NCBI GenBank assembly: GCA_050633305.1
Contig: JBOEGF010000018.1
Location: 672,001 to 736,000, forward strand
Length of the DNA: 64,000 nucleotides
Origin: Nannocystales bacterium
GTDB lineage: Bacteria; Myxococcota_A; Polyangia; Nannocystales; Nannocystaceae
Direction: 5' to 3'
In this document: positions 24,583-34,007 of the stretch, one piece after another
Layout of the letters: the number at the start of each line of letters is the position of its first letter
How positions within the stretch are numbered: the stretch's first letter is position 1
Notes under the pieces: model-generated
Seen by the model: only the letters and a program-made list of their open reading frames with translations
Told to the model about the DNA's origin: nothing
Databases searched by the model: none
Program-made: the position numbers and the translations under genes

Positions 24583-26433
24583 ATGCGGACCCTCTGGGCC
24601 TGGGTGCTTGTGATCAGCGGAGTTGGAGGCGGGCTCGCGCTCGGTTCAGCGCCTTGGCTGCACCCCGCCTGGATCGGCGTTTTCTTGGCGCTGGCGGCTA
24701 CTGCGTTGGGGGTCGCCCGCGTGGCCCAGGGGTGGGGATGGGTCGCGTTTGGGCTTGCGCTTGTCCTGCTTGCCCTCACGCGAGGCGCTTCCGTGGGGCT
24801 CCGGGCCGAGGAGATCGTCGAGGCCGACCGCCGTGGGTTGGCTGAACGCACGCGTTCCCTCACCGTGGAGTCCGCGAGCACGCCTGGCCCGACATGCCGG
24901 GTCGATGCCCGGACCGCACGAGGAACCCCGGTCACGCTCGCGCTCCCGCTCGATCTGTGTCCCCTGTGGTGGGGGGAGCGCGTGGCTGTCCTCTCCGCCG
25001 ACCTGCACACCGACTCAGCTCGCAGCACGCCAGATCGCCGCACCCTCGTATTTGCCAGCCGCGCGTGGAGGCACCCCGCGCCACTTCGCCGCACATGGCC
25101 CGAGCGTGTTCGTGCTCGGATCTCTCGCGGTCTGGCCGAGGTCCGACAGAGTGGCTGGGACGGCGCTCGTGGTCGGCCCGCCCGGGGCTTCGTTGTCGCG
25201 AGCAGTCTTGGATTGTCGGCGTCGCTTCCCCCGGGGATTCGCGCGGAACTCCAACAGGCGGGGTTGGGCCATCTCATCGCCATCTCCGGGCTCCATGTGG
25301 GCCTTGCCGCGTGGGCATGGCTCGCCGTGTTGCGGTGGTCGTTGGCGCCTTGGTCGTGGGGGGCACGGGCAGCGCTCGTGTTGTCGGCGCTGCCCGTCGT
25401 GGCCTACGTCGTACTCACCGGTGCCGCTGCTCCGGCGGTTCGTGCTGCCATGATGCTCGGGCTCGTCGGGCTCGGGGCGGTGGTGGGCCGACCCTCGCAC
25501 TCTCCCACCGTGTTGGTCGTCGCCGCAGCGGCCATGGTCTTCGTGCGCCCACAATGGTTGTTGGAGCCGGGCTTTCAGCTCTCCATCGCCGCGATGGTCG
25601 TGTTGGTGGGGTTGCCCGCAACCGCGGGTGCGGCGTTCACGAGCTGGCATCTGGGGTGGGCTCTGCTGCCGCTGCTTTGGCTGCATTTCGACGCCGCGTC
25701 TGATGGAAGCGTGCTCGCCAATGCCCTCGCCGTGCCCGTGTTCAGCTTGTGGGTCGTTCCGGCCGCGGCCGTGGGCTGGGCGTTGGTGCCGATCTTCGGC
25801 GGGGCGGCGCTCGATCCGGCTGCGGCCGGGGCGGCGCTAATCCTCGATGTTGCGCAGCTCGTGTCGTCGTGGCCCGAGTTCCCCCGCTGGGCATGGGTCT
25901 GCGGCGCGGCCTTGGCCTGGGTGCCCGGACTTCGCAGCAGGGTGTCCCCGTCCTCCCGCGCCTGGCTCCCGCATCGAGGCGCGGCCCTCTTCCTTCTATG
26001 CGCCGCAGCGGTGTCCTTGCGCAGCAAGACCCCGCTGCCTGGTTGGACCGCATGGTCCAGCCGCGGCGACCCCGAGGTGCTCAGCGTCGACTCAGCCGGC
26101 CGCGCGTGCGCCCGTTCGCCCTCAGCGTCCCCCGCACGATGGCGGAGCCGGCTTCAGTCCGTCGGGGCCCGGACTCTGTCCGGCATTCAACAGGCCCCGG
26201 GCGTTTCGATTCGGGACCCCGCAGCTGTGGCCTGGCGTACCGCCGTTTCTCCGGACCCCGTGAGACGTGGCGTCCCGGACTGTTCGTTTCCCGATCACAC
26301 GGACGTTCGCGCAGCCCTGCGGGTTTGCTCCTCGTTCTCCTCTTCTCCCACGGCTCGGCGTCCTGATGAGGGCGTTCTCGAGTGCTGGAGCGCGCGCCTG
26401 GGAGCCTGGCGCCCTGCTCGGATACAATCATGA
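24583..26433 (+). CDS. comEC: ComEC/Rec2-family competence channel protein
   Basis: GLGHLIAISGLHVG, GAAAPAVRAA and PGFQLS motifs, with many TM helices. Confidence 0.85.
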   Translation: MRTLWAWVLVISGVGGGLALGSAPWLHPAWIGVFLALAATALGVARVAQGWGWVAFGLALVLLALTRGASVGLRAEEIVEADRRGLAERTRSLTVESASTPGPTCRVDARTARGTPVTLALPLDLCPLWWGERVAVLSADLHTDSARSTPDRRTLVFASRAWRHPAPLRRTWPERVRARISRGLAEVRQSGWDGARGRPARGFVVASSLGLSASLPPGIRAELQQAGLGHLIAISGLHVGLAAWAWLAVLRWSLAPWSWGARAALVLSALPVVAYVVLTGAAAPAVRAAMMLGLVGLGAVVGRPSHSPTVLVVAAAAMVFVRPQWLLEPGFQLSIAAMVVLVGLPATAGAAFTSWHLGWALLPLLWLHFDAASDGSVLANALAVPVFSLWVVPAAAVGWALVPIFGGAALDPAAAGAALILDVAQLVSSWPEFPRWAWVCGAALAWVPGLRSRVSPSSRAWLPHRGAALFLLCAAAVSLRSKTPLPGWTAWSSRGDPEVLSVDSAGRACARSPSASPARWRSRLQSVGARTLSGIQQAPGVSIRDPAAVAWRTAVSPDPVRRGVPDCSFPDHTDVRAALRVCSSFSSSPTARRPDEGVLECWSARLGAWRPARIQS

Positions 26434-26912
26434 CGACCTCCCCCATGCGCGCGACACCGAATCTGATCCCCGCTCTCGTCGAGGCGAGCGGAACCCACGA
26501 AGGGCGAGAGCATGTGATGCCCTACGGGGAACACATCCTGGGACGAGGCCGTGGCGCCACGGTGATCCTCGATGACCCCGACGTCAGCCGTCAGCACGCG
26601 AGGATCGTCGTCGATTCCGATGGCCTCACGGTGTTCGACCTGGGCAGCAAGAATGGAGTCCTCGTTGGCGGCCGCCGGGTCGACTCCGCGATGAGTCTGG
26701 GCCATGGCGACGAACTCACCGTCGGGGACATTCGTCTGCGCGTGCAGCACCCCGCGGCTCAGGTGGCGTCGGCCTTGGCGGCCGCCGGTGAGGCCACCGC
26801 CACCGTGACCAACACGCGCGACGAGCGAGATGCGCCGATGATGGGCCTGTTGGGGCCCATCCTCGGCGTCGTCGGGTTCGGGACCGTGGTCGCGGTGTTG
26901 CTTTTGGTATAG
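26430..26912 (+). CDS. FHA-domain protein with C-terminal TM anchor
   Basis: LGR..VSRQHA..DLGSKNG. ATGA overlap with comEC. Confidence 0.85.
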   Translation: MTTSPMRATPNLIPALVEASGTHEGREHVMPYGEHILGRGRGATVILDDPDVSRQHARIVVDSDGLTVFDLGSKNGVLVGGRRVDSAMSLGHGDELTVGDIRLRVQHPAAQVASALAAAGEATATVTNTRDERDAPMMGLLGPILGVVGFGTVVAVLLLV

Positions 26913-26919
26913 ACGGCCG

Positions 26920-28296
26920 GTGGTCGACCGATCTGCGCTCGCACGCCTCCCCAAGGTCGATGCCGTTCTCGACGCCGAGCCGCTCTGCGGAGCCGGTTGG
27001 CATCGGCCGCTGGCTCGCCGGGCTGTGCAGGCTGCGCTCGAGGAACTGCGTCGCGCCGTCCTGAGCGGAGCATCGGTCGACATCCCCGATGCCGCTGCAC
27101 TCGCGACGTCCGTTGGACGAACCCTCGAGGGGTGGGCTCGCCCTCGACCGATGCGGGTGATCAACGCGACGGGCGTCATCCTGCACACCAACCTTGGTCG
27201 GGCGCCGCTCTCCCAAGCCGCGGTCGATGCGATGGCCGATGCCGCGCTCTATTGTGACCTCGAGGTCGGGCTCTCCGACGGGAAGCGCGGTTCGAGGTTC
27301 GCGTGGTTGCGTCCGTTCATGGGCGCGGTCATCGGCGCCGCGGATGTTCACGTGGTGAACAACAACGCGGCCGCGCTCTTGTTGGCCTGTACCGTGTTGG
27401 GTGCGCCGGGCGGGGTCGTGCTCTCCCGGGGCCAGATGGTCGAGATCGGCGACAGCTTTCGCGTTGCGACCATGGCAGGCGCTGGCGGCATTCGTGTCGT
27501 TGCCGTGGGAAGCACCAATCGTACCCACCTGCGGGACTACGAGCAGGCTCTCGATGGCGACGGCCCTGATGCGCAGTGCGTGCCCGCTTCGGCATTGCTG
27601 TGGTGCCACCAGAGCAACTTCAAGCAAGACGGCTATGTCAAAGAAGTTGGGCTGGCCGAACTCGCGAAGCTGGCCAAGGCCAGGGACGTGCCCCTCATCG
27701 CCGACCTGGGCAGCGGCTCGCTGGGTGCCGGCCTGCCCGCAGTCGAACCGACGATCGGTGAGTACCTCGAACAGGGCGTCGACCTTGTCCTTGCCAGCGG
27801 CGACAAGCTCCTTGGCGGACCTCAGGCGGGGATCATTGCTGGCACGGCAAAGTACGTCGAGCGCTGTCGTCGGTTCCCGATGGCCCGCGCGCTACGCCCC
27901 GATAAGACCACGCTTGCGGCTCTTCACGCGACGTTCGCGGCGCACGCCCGAGCTGGAACTCCATCGATCCCGCTCCACGAGATGGTCGCTTTGGACGAGG
28001 CGGGGCTCCGGGCCCGGGCCGACGCAATCCGTCTGGCTCTGGGGTGGGGAGAAGAGCGGATCGTGCCGCTGAAGGCGGCGATCGGGGGCGGGAGCTTGCC
28101 GGGCGATACCATGCCGAGCGTGGGTCTTTGGGTTCCGTGCGCCAAGCCGTCGGCGACAGCGCGCGCACTTCGTCTCGGCGAGCTGCCGGTCATCGGGCGC
28201 ATCGAAGACGAACGATTGTTGCTCGATCTTCGCACCGTCGACCCGCGGGACGATGCCGCCTTGCGCACGGCGCTCGCAACCTTGGCCGATGCCTGA
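26920..28296 (+). CDS. selA: L-seryl-tRNA(Sec) selenium transferase
   Basis: VINATGVILHTNLGRA, VNNNAAA, VEIGDSFR, TNRTH, DLGSG and SGDKLLGGPQAG. Confidence 0.96.
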   Translation: MVDRSALARLPKVDAVLDAEPLCGAGWHRPLARRAVQAALEELRRAVLSGASVDIPDAAALATSVGRTLEGWARPRPMRVINATGVILHTNLGRAPLSQAAVDAMADAALYCDLEVGLSDGKRGSRFAWLRPFMGAVIGAADVHVVNNNAAALLLACTVLGAPGGVVLSRGQMVEIGDSFRVATMAGAGGIRVVAVGSTNRTHLRDYEQALDGDGPDAQCVPASALLWCHQSNFKQDGYVKEVGLAELAKLAKARDVPLIADLGSGSLGAGLPAVEPTIGEYLEQGVDLVLASGDKLLGGPQAGIIAGTAKYVERCRRFPMARALRPDKTTLAALHATFAAHARAGTPSIPLHEMVALDEAGLRARADAIRLALGWGEERIVPLKAAIGGGSLPGDTMPSVGLWVPCAKPSATARALRLGELPVIGRIEDERLLLDLRTVDPRDDAALRTALATLADA

Positions 28297-29122
28297 GCTG
28301 CCCGAGGTGGAGTTCGGCCGGCGCCAGCTTGCCGAGGCGCTGGTCGGGGAGACGATCGCAGAGGTCGACGCGGCGGACGACTGCATCGTCTACGAAGGCG
28401 TCTCGCCCGAGATGGTTGTCGCGGCGCTTCGAGGCGCCCGCGTTCTGGGGGCGCATCGGCGCGGCAAACAGCTCTGGCTTTCGCTCGATCGTCGGCCGTG
28501 GCCGTTGTTTCACTTCGGCATGACCGGTGGGTTCGTCACCCCGGATGCGCCCGGACTTCAGCTCCATACTGGGCCAAGTCTCGGCGCTGTCTGGCCTCCT
28601 CGGTTCTCGAAGCTGGTGCTCACCACCGCCTCTGGTCGGCGGCTCAGCATGACCAACGCGCGGCGGCTCGGGCGGATTCGTCTGCGCGAAGACCCGCCCA
28701 ACGAGTCTCCGATCGCCGAGCTGGGCTTCGACCCGTTGCTCGAGCCTCCCGAGGCGGAGACGCTGCTGGAGAAACTCAAACGTCGCCGCGGGGCGCTCAA
28801 GGGCCTGCTGCTCGACCAGCGCTTCGCAGCGGGGGTCGGCAACTGGGTGGCCGACGAGGTACTCCACGCTGCCGGCCTCGACCCGCGCCGCGTGGCGAAC
28901 ACGCTGAGCATTCAGGACGCACAGAGGCTCGCGTGGGCGCTGACGGACATCACCAAAAAAGCGGTCGACGCCGATGCCGACGCCGACCGCTACCCAAAAG
29001 GGTGGTTGTTTCACCGACGCTGGCATCCGACTGAAGGCATGACGACAGCCAAGGGGGACGCCATCGAGCTCCTCACGGTCGCGGGACGAACGACCGTGTG
29101 GGTGCCTGCGCGGCAGCACTAA
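28289..29122 (+). CDS. mutM: Fpg/Nei-family DNA glycosylase, zinc-finger-less type
   Basis: MPELPEVE, RRGK, HFGMTG and LLDQ..GVGNWVADEVL. No C-terminal Cys4 finger. Confidence 0.9.
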   Translation: MPELPEVEFGRRQLAEALVGETIAEVDAADDCIVYEGVSPEMVVAALRGARVLGAHRRGKQLWLSLDRRPWPLFHFGMTGGFVTPDAPGLQLHTGPSLGAVWPPRFSKLVLTTASGRRLSMTNARRLGRIRLREDPPNESPIAELGFDPLLEPPEAETLLEKLKRRRGALKGLLLDQRFAAGVGNWVADEVLHAAGLDPRRVANTLSIQDAQRLAWALTDITKKAVDADADADRYPKGWLFHRRWHPTEGMTTAKGDAIELLTVAGRTTVWVPARQH

Positions 29123-29132
29123 ACCTGCGCCG

Positions 29133-30395
29133 TTACTCCGCGACGTATTGCCACATCTCGCCGCCACCACCGGCGGCGATCATCTCCCCGCTGTCGAACA
29201 TCCAGACTCGCGACAGCGGGCCGGCGTCTTCGGGGGTGATGTCTTCGAACGTGCGGCCCCCGTCTTCGCTGATGATGACGAATCCGCCGAGTGCGGTGGG
29301 GACCTTCTCGCCGACCATCACGACGGTGTCGCCGTCGACGGTGATGTCGTTGACCCCAGCTTGGTAGTCGAGACCGGAGTCGAACAACTCGATCTTGTCC
29401 CAGTTGGCGCTGTCGTAGGGGTCGGCACCGTCGACGAGATAGATGAGCGGGAACTGCTCGCTCTGGTCGTGGCCGGCGACGATGATGTGCTCGCTGTCCC
29501 AGACGTGCATGTCGAGAAGCTCGCCGTCGCGCGTGTCGGGTTGCAGCAGGACGCTCTGGAAGTGGAACGTCGCGCCCTCGAGTCGCGAAGGGAGGTGGAC
29601 GCGGGCAGGGTCGTTGATGAGGCTGCCTACGGCGTAGAAATGGTTGTCGTTGGCGACGATGCGGCGGACTTGGAAGCTGCCCGCGTCGGGGTCGCTCAGG
29701 AGCGCCTCTCCGAGGCTCCCGACCTCTTCGAACTCGCCTCCGGCAGCGCGGTATGCCGCCGTACCTCCGGTCAGGGAGTCGATCAGCATCTGGCCGTCCG
29801 CGGTGATCGCCGCATTTTCGGCCTGGTTCACCGCGAGGAACGCGTTGTTGCTCGCCGTGTAGAGCCCGGTGGATCCGATCATGCCGCCCTCGTCAAAGCT
29901 CCACACCGGGTAGCCATCGAGTTGGTGGATCCCCGCGCCGTACAGCACGCCATCGGCTCCGCGACGAATGTCCATGATTCGGACTTCGTTGAACCGGACG
30001 TTGTCTTCGAACGTCGCGCCACCGTCGGTCGTGGTGAAAAGGCCTTCACCGTCACCGTTTTCGCCGCAGCCCACGAAGCCGGTCATGCGGTCGTCGAACC
30101 ACAGTGCGTTGGTCCCCGAACCACCGCAGGGACCGGCGATCTCGCTCCAGGCAAGGGGGCCCGAGGGCTCGCCTGTCTCCTCGCTGCCGGTCGTCGACGC
30201 GTCGGGTCCCGACGTGTCGCCGCTGCCCTCTTCGCCGTTCGTCTCGCCGGTGGTCGCGGGTCCACCGGTCTCCGCGTTGCCAGTTTCAGCCGCCGAGGTT
30301 CCACCATTGGTGGTGGACATGGGCTCCTCTTCCGCGGGATCACATGCGGTGAGGATGAACAGGGCAGCTAGAGGGGCAACGGAAAGGCGTTTCAT
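29133..30395 (-). CDS. Lipoprotein with BNR/Asp-box beta-propeller
   Basis: LTAC lipobox, Thr/Gly/Glu linker, and TTDGGATF and SEDGGRTF Asp-boxes. Confidence 0.75.
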   Translation of the reverse strand: MKRLSVAPLAALFILTACDPAEEEPMSTTNGGTSAAETGNAETGGPATTGETNGEEGSGDTSGPDASTTGSEETGEPSGPLAWSEIAGPCGGSGTNALWFDDRMTGFVGCGENGDGEGLFTTTDGGATFEDNVRFNEVRIMDIRRGADGVLYGAGIHQLDGYPVWSFDEGGMIGSTGLYTASNNAFLAVNQAENAAITADGQMLIDSLTGGTAAYRAAGGEFEEVGSLGEALLSDPDAGSFQVRRIVANDNHFYAVGSLINDPARVHLPSRLEGATFHFQSVLLQPDTRDGELLDMHVWDSEHIIVAGHDQSEQFPLIYLVDGADPYDSANWDKIELFDSGLDYQAGVNDITVDGDTVVMVGEKVPTALGGFVIISEDGGRTFEDITPEDAGPLSRVWMFDSGEMIAAGGGGEMWQYVAE

Positions 30396-30505
30396 GGGTC
30401 TCGGTCAAGAAGAGTCACGACGGCCGGGTTCGGATCACGCAGAATGTGTTTTTCTTGTTACGAGGCCCACGGCGGCTGCGTACGTCGGTTCTGTTACCCT
30501 GCAGC

Positions 30506-30724
30506 ATGCTGCGGAGCTGGGCGGGAAGGATTGGACTGGTCGCGGTCTTCAGCGTCGGAGTCGGGGCGAGCTGTTCCAAGAACGGCCGAGGATCCACGGA
30601 CCCGAACGCGTGTATGCGACGGTGTGACCAGGACGAGTGCGACTTCCACGCATCCAGCGTCGGGGACAACCAGAAGTACTTGGACTGCCTCGAGGGCTGC
30701 CAGAAGAAGTGCGGCGGGGGCTGA
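30506..30724 (+). CDS. Small Cys-rich lipoprotein
   Basis: Signal-like N-terminus ending GASC, then CxxxCxxxxC and CxxxCxxxC clusters. Stop is 12 nt before pyrC. Confidence 0.55.
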   Translation: MLRSWAGRIGLVAVFSVGVGASCSKNGRGSTDPNACMRRCDQDECDFHASSVGDNQKYLDCLEGCQKKCGGG

Positions 30725-30736
30725 TACAACCCCGTC

Positions 30737-31777
30737 GTGGCAGACACGCTGACGCTCGATCGCCCCGACGACTGGCACCTCCATCTGCGCGACGGCGCGC
30801 GGCTTGCAGATACGGTGGCCGCCTCGTCCAAGGTGTTCGGGCGGGCGATCGTCATGCCCAACCTGCGCCCGCCGGTCGCGACGGTGGAGGATGCGGTGGC
30901 CTACCGCAGGCGCATCCTGGAAGTGCGTCCGTCGGGGTCGAGGTTCGAGCCTCTGATGACGCTGTACCTGACCCCAGGGACGTCGCCGGATGAGATCCGC
31001 AAAGCGGTGGCGCATCCCGATGTGCACGGCGTCAAGCTGTACCCCGCGGGCGCCACGACCAACGCGGAGGCCGGTGTCACCGACCTGGGTGCCTGTGCGG
31101 ACGTGTTCGAGGCGATGGCCGAAGGCGGTCTCCCGCTGCTGATTCATGGCGAATCCATCGCTCCGGGGGACGATGTGTTCGATCGAGAGAGCATCTTCAT
31201 CCGCGACACGCTGGCCCCGTTGGTCGAGCGGTTTCCGACGCTTCGGGTCGTGTTCGAGCACATCACGACCCAGGAGGCAGTGCAGTTCGTCGAATCGGCT
31301 TCCCAGCGCGTCGCGGCGACGATCACGGCGCACCACCTGCTGTACGACCGCAACGAGATCTTCCGCGGTGGCGTTCGCCCCCACATGTACTGTCTGCCGG
31401 TCCTCAAGCGCGCCCGTCACCGCGAGGCCCTCATCGCCGCAGCGACAAGCGGCAACCCCAAGTTCTTCCTGGGCACCGACAGCGCCCCGCATGCGCAACA
31501 CGACAAGGAGAGCGCCTGCGGGTGCGCGGGGGTCTATACGGCGCACGCGGCCGTCGAGTTCTACGCTGAAGCGTTCGACGGTGCCGGGGCGCTCGACCGA
31601 CTCGAAGGGTTCGCGAGCCACCATGGGCCCGACTTCTACGGCCTCCCGCGGAACACCGAGCGGATTCAGCTTCGACGAGTGCCGCAGCCCGTGCCGACGA
31701 CGCTCCCGCTGGGCGATACCGAACTCGTACCGCTACGCGCGGGCGAGTCGGTGGGTTGGGTTGTCGAACAGGATTGA
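30737..31777 (+). CDS. pyrC: Dihydroorotase (homodimeric type)
   Basis: [32 protein letters not shown] and GTDSAPH. Confidence 0.97.
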   Translation: MADTLTLDRPDDWHLHLRDGARLADTVAASSKVFGRAIVMPNLRPPVATVEDAVAYRRRILEVRPSGSRFEPLMTLYLTPGTSPDEIRKAVAHPDVHGVKLYPAGATTNAEAGVTDLGACADVFEAMAEGGLPLLIHGESIAPGDDVFDRESIFIRDTLAPLVERFPTLRVVFEHITTQEAVQFVESASQRVAATITAHHLLYDRNEIFRGGVRPHMYCLPVLKRARHREALIAAATSGNPKFFLGTDSAPHAQHDKESACGCAGVYTAHAAVEFYAEAFDGAGALDRLEGFASHHGPDFYGLPRNTERIQLRRVPQPVPTTLPLGDTELVPLRAGESVGWVVEQD

Positions 31778-31808
31778 CACGACTTCGGGGGACCCTGATT
31801 CTCGCGCC

Positions 31809-32480
31809 GTGCGGGACCACGACGGCGCGAACAAGCGCGCCTTGCAACGGCGGATTCGCGACGATGCGCGGGCCACCTATGACGCGTTCGCACCCGAGTA
31901 CGACGAGCATCTCCAAAGCGGCTGTAGCTATGCGTCGCCTGCTCGGGTCGCCCAGGCCGTCGCTCGGTTGCAGCCGTCGGGGCGTTGGCTCGACGTTGGA
32001 GCCGGGACGGGACTTCTGGGCGAAGCGCTGGCCTCCCACGAGGTGCGTCTCGAGCTGGTCGGTCTGGATGTCAGCGCGGCGATGCTCGCCCAAGTGAGAT
32101 GCCCGCTGTATGTCGCATGTCATCGAGGCGACGTACTGACGCGTATTCCCGGCAAAGAACTGTTCGACGGAGCGATGGCGAGCGGGTTGATGGAGTACGT
32201 GGTCGATGTGCCCGCGTTGTTCCGCCGAGTCGGCCGACGGTTGCGCGAAGGGGGAGTGTTCGTATTCACGTTTTCTCCGACCTCTGCGGCGGACGTGCGC
32301 GCGTTCGACGATGAAAGCGATCTTCACGCGCATGACCCCGAGCATGTTCGCGGCAGCCTGGACGAGGCGGGCTTCGTCGACGCCACAATGAGTCGTGCGT
32401 TTCGGGCCTACCAGAACGCAGACGTGTGGGTCCGACACCGCATCGTCATCGCCCGCCGCGGCGCCGTCCTCCGGGCCTGA
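31809..32480 (+). CDS. Class I SAM-dependent methyltransferase
   Basis: YDAFAPEYD, LDVGAGTG, GLDVSAAML and LREGGVF. Start approximate. Confidence 0.85.
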   Translation: MRDHDGANKRALQRRIRDDARATYDAFAPEYDEHLQSGCSYASPARVAQAVARLQPSGRWLDVGAGTGLLGEALASHEVRLELVGLDVSAAMLAQVRCPLYVACHRGDVLTRIPGKELFDGAMASGLMEYVVDVPALFRRVGRRLREGGVFVFTFSPTSAADVRAFDDESDLHAHDPEHVRGSLDEAGFVDATMSRAFRAYQNADVWVRHRIVIARRGAVLRA

Positions 32481-32566
32481 ACGGTCCCGGGTTTGAAGTC
32501 GGTGGGAGGGTGGCTCATGCTCGGGGGGTGGAGGCCCGAACGCACGGTCGTGAAGCAACTCTTCCG

Positions 32567-33937
32567 GTGACGCGCCGCGGTTCGGTCGGCCGCGGGATCC
32601 CAGGGGAGCGCCCCCCGGGGCCCCAAGACATCCCGATCATCGGCACCACGCGGATCTTCGAGCGCGATCAGCTCACTGCGATTCACCGGATCGTTCGTGA
32701 ACACGGCGACGTCGTCTCGTACAACATCGGCCCACAGCCGATCTTCTTGGTGAGCAATCCGGAGGACGTGGCCAGGGTTGTGCTGACCGACCACAGCAAG
32801 TTCATGAAAGGCGCGCTCACGCACGAGCTTTCGTCGTTTCTCGGCCGGGGGTTGGTGACCAGCGAGGGGCGCTTCTGGAGACGTCAGCGAAAAATCGCGG
32901 CTCCCTCGTTCACGCGGCGCCACATCGAGCGATTCGCCGACACGATGGTCGCGTGCACCCAGCACGCGCTCGAGTCGATGGGGGACGGCCCCCGAAACGT
33001 TCACATCGACATGATGGAGATGACGTTGGACATCGTCCTGCAGACGGTGTTCGGGGATGCTGAAGTTCCGGACATCACGGCGGTCGGTCCGCTTGTCGAG
33101 GTGATGATGGAAGGGTTTCATCACGCCCACCTCACCTGGCGCCGTTTGCTGCCCCGAGTGGCAAAAAAATCGACGTTGGCTGAAATCGAAGCGGCGAGCG
33201 AAGCCTTGGACGCGCTGTTCTACGGCATCATTCGACAGCGGCGGCAACGGGGAGGGGACTACGGGGACGACTTGCTGGGGCGGTTGCTCGCCGCACGGGA
33301 TGACGATGGCACCGGCATGACCGACGAGCAGGTCCGAGACGAGGTCGCCACGATCTTCCTCGCGGGTCACGAGACCACCGCGCTTTCGTTGTCGTTCACC
33401 CTGCTCTTGCTCGCCCAGCACCCCGAGATTCAGCAGCAGGCTCGTGCCGAAGTCGACGCGGTGTTGGGCTCACGCGCCGCGACCATGGACGACGTCGCGA
33501 ACCTCCCGTTCATCGATGCCGTGCTCAAGGAGTCGATGCGGGTCTATCCACCGGTCTACGTGTTCGGGCGCGAGGCCCTCGAAGACGTCGAGATCGCGGG
33601 CTGGGTGATCCCCAGGCGTGCTCAGGTGCTCACGCCCGTGTGGGCGATCCATCGCGACCCACGTTGGTACGACGACCCCGAAGTGTTCAACCCCACGCGC
33701 TGGCTCGATGGACTCGCCGACCGTCTTCCCAAGCATGCGTACCTCCCGTTCGGGGGAGGCGCGCGGACCTGCGTCGGCAACCACTACGCGCTGCTCGAAG
33801 GGGTCCTCGGTCTCGCAACCATGCTCCAACAGCTCGAGGTGACACCGGAGCCCGACTTCGAGCTCGAGCTCCTCACCTCGGTGACGCTGCGCCCCAAGCA
33901 TGGGGTGAGCGTTCGGTTGAAGCGGCGTGACACCTAG
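32567..33937 (+). CDS. Cytochrome P450
   Basis: AGHETT, ESMR (ExxR), FNPTRW and FGGGARTCVG heme ligand. Start approximate. Confidence 0.95.
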   Translation: MTRRGSVGRGIPGERPPGPQDIPIIGTTRIFERDQLTAIHRIVREHGDVVSYNIGPQPIFLVSNPEDVARVVLTDHSKFMKGALTHELSSFLGRGLVTSEGRFWRRQRKIAAPSFTRRHIERFADTMVACTQHALESMGDGPRNVHIDMMEMTLDIVLQTVFGDAEVPDITAVGPLVEVMMEGFHHAHLTWRRLLPRVAKKSTLAEIEAASEALDALFYGIIRQRRQRGGDYGDDLLGRLLAARDDDGTGMTDEQVRDEVATIFLAGHETTALSLSFTLLLLAQHPEIQQQARAEVDAVLGSRAATMDDVANLPFIDAVLKESMRVYPPVYVFGREALEDVEIAGWVIPRRAQVLTPVWAIHRDPRWYDDPEVFNPTRWLDGLADRLPKHAYLPFGGGARTCVGNHYALLEGVLGLATMLQQLEVTPEPDFELELLTSVTLRPKHGVSVRLKRRDT

Positions 33938-33965
33938 CCGTCAGACCCGGGCGCGGATGTCCTTG

Positions 33966-34007
33966 GCCTGAGCCGTCGCGACCCGGGGGGATCGCGACGG
34001 CTCAGGC
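33966..34007. terminator. Perfect 16-bp inverted repeat between convergent P450 and selB
   Basis: gcctgagccgtcgcga-N10-tcgcgacggctcaggc; no long U tract. Confidence 0.55.

Noticed and set aside
32485..32510. Minus-strand GACTTCAAAC resembling a tRNA-Sec anticodon loop between selA and selB
   Set aside because: The flanks do not form an anticodon stem and no cloverleaf is evident.
31809..33937. Methyltransferase + P450 as tailoring genes for the SHG peptides
   Set aside because: They lie ~17 kb away behind pyrC with no evidence of linkage.
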